From an uncultured Desulfospira sp. (GTDB lineage: Bacteria > Desulfobacterota > Desulfobacteria > Desulfobacterales > Desulfobacteraceae), in contig OY760175.1 of the NCBI GenBank assembly GCA_963663165.1, positions 4,160,001 to 4,224,000 of the forward strand: DNA of 64,000 nucleotides, written 5' to 3'. The notes under the pieces are model-generated. The model had not been told where the DNA came from and did not search any database. It worked only from the letters and a program-made list of their open reading frames with translations. This document shows positions 61,609 through 64,000 of this stretch, piece after piece. The position numbers and the translations under genes are program-made. The first letter of the stretch is position 1. Every line of letters starts with the position of its first letter.

Positions 61609-62211
61609 TCACGCTGCCGCGCCGGTTTCGGCCGCTTCATAGCCCAGTTCAAAGGCCTTGAGGTTCTGGTCCAGAAAGCTTGATTTGACCCGCCGTTTGA
61701 TGGCTTCCATGACATGGTCCCGGGTAAAGGGCAGGGCCCCCATCCGGGTTAAGGCCCCCAGAAGAACGATATTGACGCTCATGGGGCTTCCGGCCTGCTG
61801 GGCCAGTGCCATGGCGTCAAAGGCCACCAGGCCGGCGGTTTTCTTTTTGATCAGCTCCTTGGCAAGTTCTATATCCGGGTACTCGCCCTTGCCGATGGCC
61901 ACGGTAAAGGGGGGCAGGGGTGCCGTGCTGGTCACCACCATGGTGTGGCTGCCGCATTTGTTTAAAGCCCTTAGGGTTTCAGCCGGTTCAAACCCCAGCA
62001 GGATATCGGCCTCGCCATCGGAAATAATGGAGCTTTGGGCGTCTCCGAAGACAATGGCGGATTCCACTACCCCGCCCCGCTGGGCCATGCCGTGAATCTC
62101 ACTCATCCGGACAGGAACCCCTGCAATCAGGGCGGCCTCCCCAAGCACCTTAGAGGCCAAAAGGTTGCCCTGCCCGCCAACAGCTACGATAATCATTCGG
62201 GTTGTTTTCAT
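61609..62211 (-). CDS. iorB: Indolepyruvate:ferredoxin oxidoreductase beta subunit
   Basis: VGGQG, SEIHGMAQRGGVV, NIVLLG, NLKAF. Confidence 0.93.
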   Translation of the reverse strand: MKTTRMIIVAVGGQGNLLASKVLGEAALIAGVPVRMSEIHGMAQRGGVVESAIVFGDAQSSIISDGEADILLGFEPAETLRALNKCGSHTMVVTSTAPLPPFTVAIGKGEYPDIELAKELIKKKTAGLVAFDAMALAQQAGSPMSVNIVLLGALTRMGALPFTRDHVMEAIKRRVKSSFLDQNLKAFELGYEAAETGAAA

Positions 62212-62230
62212 ATGATACGTTCCTTGCATT

Positions 62231-64000
62231 CTAATTTTTTAAAGGCCTGATGGCGTTTTCAGGACAGATCTGGGCGCAGACAGCGCATCCCACACAGGTG
62301 TTGGCATCAATGGCAGGCCTGCCGTTTTCAATAAAGAACGACGGACAGGCAATGGTGGTGATACAGTCCCGGTGGTTTTTGCATTTGTCTGTTATCATAA
62401 AGGGCCGCGGCGTCATCATCTTCATGGACTTGGCATACAGGACACAGGGCTCTTTGGAGATAATCACCGAAACCCCTTCAAATTCCAGGGCTTCTTTGAT
62501 GGTTTCAATGCTTTTCTTCACCTTGAAAGGCTTGATCACAGAGACATGTTCCACCCCAAGGGCCCGGACCAGCTGTTCAATATTGACCCGGCCGTATCCG
62601 GAAAGGCCGAACTTTTCCATATCCACCCCCGGATGGGGCTGGTGTCCGGTCATGGCCGTGATATCGTTTTCAAGGATCACCAGGGTGTAGTTGTGGTGGT
62701 TGAACACTGCATTGACAAGGCCGGTGATGCCGGAGTGGAAAAAGGTGGAATCCCCGATAAACCCGATGACCTTCTGGTCAGTGGCCTTGGAAAATCCGCC
62801 CGATGAACTGGCCGATGACCCCATGCAGACCACAAAATCCCCCATGCTCAACGGCGGCATGAACCCTAAGGTATAACAGCCGATATCCGTGGGACAGACC
62901 ACGTCCATGCCTTTGGCCGCTTCCTTGACCTCGTAGAAGGTGGCCCTGTGGGAACAGCCCGAACAAAGGTTGGGGGGCCGGTTGGGGATTTCCGGGACAT
63001 CCGAGGTGTCCACGGCCTTTGGGGGGGTATAATCCACCTCAAAAAACAGGGCCATTTTTTCCCTGACCATGGCCGGATCATACTCATACAGCCTGGAAAA
63101 CAAAGTTTTGGATTTTCCCTGAATGGGAATGACAACCCCGGTTTCCTGGGCCATGGCCTTGACGGCCTCTTCCATGAAGGGTTCGCCCTCTTCAATGACC
63201 AGAACCTTTTCACAGCCCTTTATAAAATCTTTGATAAGGCTTTCGGGCAGGGGATTGGTAAGCCCCAGGCGAAGAATTTTTGCCCGGTCTTCCAGGCCAA
63301 GATCATTAACTCCGTCCTGGGCATAATGGAAGCTGACCCCATTGGCGATGATCCCTAAATTTCCCTGGCCTGACACAAAGTTAAATTCAGAAGATTCGGA
63401 AAGTTCCCGGGCCTTGGCCATTTTTTCCAGAAGCTTGGCGTGAAGATTCCTTGAAACCGCCGGCACCGTGACGCATCTTAAAGGGTCCTTGATAAATTTG
63501 CCTTTGGTCTGTCTGGGTTTGATATTTCCTAGTTCCACAAAGGCGTTGGAGTGGTTGATCCTTGTGGTGGTCCTCATGAGAACCGGCTGTTTTAAGGTTT
63601 CAGACAGCTCAAAGGCCTGCTTGATCATATCCTTTGCTTCGGCTACCGATGAGGGCTCCACCATGGGAAGGTTGCCGAACTTTGCATAGTACCGGTTGTC
63701 CTGCTCGTTCTGGCTTGAAAACATGAACGGATCATCGGCCGTCAGAATGACCATGCCGGCCGTGACGCCGACATAGGCCAGGGTCATCAGGGGATCAGCC
63801 GCAACGTTCAGGCCCACATGCTTCATCATGCAAAAGGTTCTTAACCCTGAATTGGCTGCGGCCGCCGCCACTTCAAGGGCCACTTTTTCGTTGGTCGAAT
63901 ATTCAAAATAAAGATCGGTTTCATGGGATATCTGAAACAGGTTAAGAGAGATCTCCGAGGACGGGGTCCCAGGATAGGTGGTGGCAAAGGCCACGCCGGC
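62231..64000 (-). CDS. iorA: Indolepyruvate:ferredoxin oxidoreductase alpha subunit, 5' end outside the window
   Basis: YPGTPSSE, NEKVALE, MKHVGLNVAAD, GDSTFFHSG, C-terminal ferredoxin motif. Confidence 0.95.
   Translation of the reverse strand, partial: AGVAFATTYPGTPSSEISLNLFQISHETDLYFEYSTNEKVALEVAAAAANSGLRTFCMMKHVGLNVAADPLMTLAYVGVTAGMVILTADDPFMFSSQNEQDNRYYAKFGNLPMVEPSSVAEAKDMIKQAFELSETLKQPVLMRTTTRINHSNAFVELGNIKPRQTKGKFIKDPLRCVTVPAVSRNLHAKLLEKMAKARELSESSEFNFVSGQGNLGIIANGVSFHYAQDGVNDLGLEDRAKILRLGLTNPLPESLIKDFIKGCEKVLVIEEGEPFMEEAVKAMAQETGVVIPIQGKSKTLFSRLYEYDPAMVREKMALFFEVDYTPPKAVDTSDVPEIPNRPPNLCSGCSHRATFYEVKEAAKGMDVVCPTDIGCYTLGFMPPLSMGDFVVCMGSSASSSGGFSKATDQKVIGFIGDSTFFHSGITGLVNAVFNHHNYTLVILENDITAMTGHQPHPGVDMEKFGLSGYGRVNIEQLVRALGVEHVSVIKPFKVKKSIETIKEALEFEGVSVIISKEPCVLYAKSMKMMTPRPFMITDKCKNHRDCITTIACPSFFIENGRPAIDANTCVGCAVCAQICPENAIRPLKN

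Noticed and set aside
1..64000. tRNA, rRNA or selenocysteine recoding
   Set aside because: No cloverleaf or rRNA-like segment recognised by eye, and no conserved ORF broken by an in-frame TGA; no covariance search was run.

Overview
GC-rich bacterial chromosome segment whose gene content (TRAP/lactate-type oxidase cluster, aldehyde:ferredoxin oxidoreductase with Mo/W cofactor genes, IorAB) suggests an anaerobic Desulfobacterales-type deltaproteobacterium (inference). The main feature is a chromosomal integron (about 18.6-35.6 kb): a long-form intI on the + strand, attI at about 34081, nine recognisable attC sites and about 10 AT-rich cassettes, six of them toxin-antitoxin pairs. The array holds five copies of one group II intron family with a chloroplast-like (CL/IIB-type), endonuclease-less IEP. 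The copies with an intact 5' end sit in the attC R' core, in the same orientation as the cassettes, and their putative EBS1/EBS2 are complementary to the attC core and spacer. This differs from the known antisense-inserting IIC-attC introns. Three copies are ORF-less, one pair is nested, the copies are mosaics, and every intron locus heads a TA cassette. Also present: an IS91-like remnant ending at an attC core, an extended RIT (three tyrosine recombinase) element, a two-ORF DDE insertion sequence with a candidate -1 frameshift signal, and several dispersed palindrome and heptamer repeat families. All calls come from reading the sequence; no searches were run, and some single-base frameshifts may be sequencing errors.
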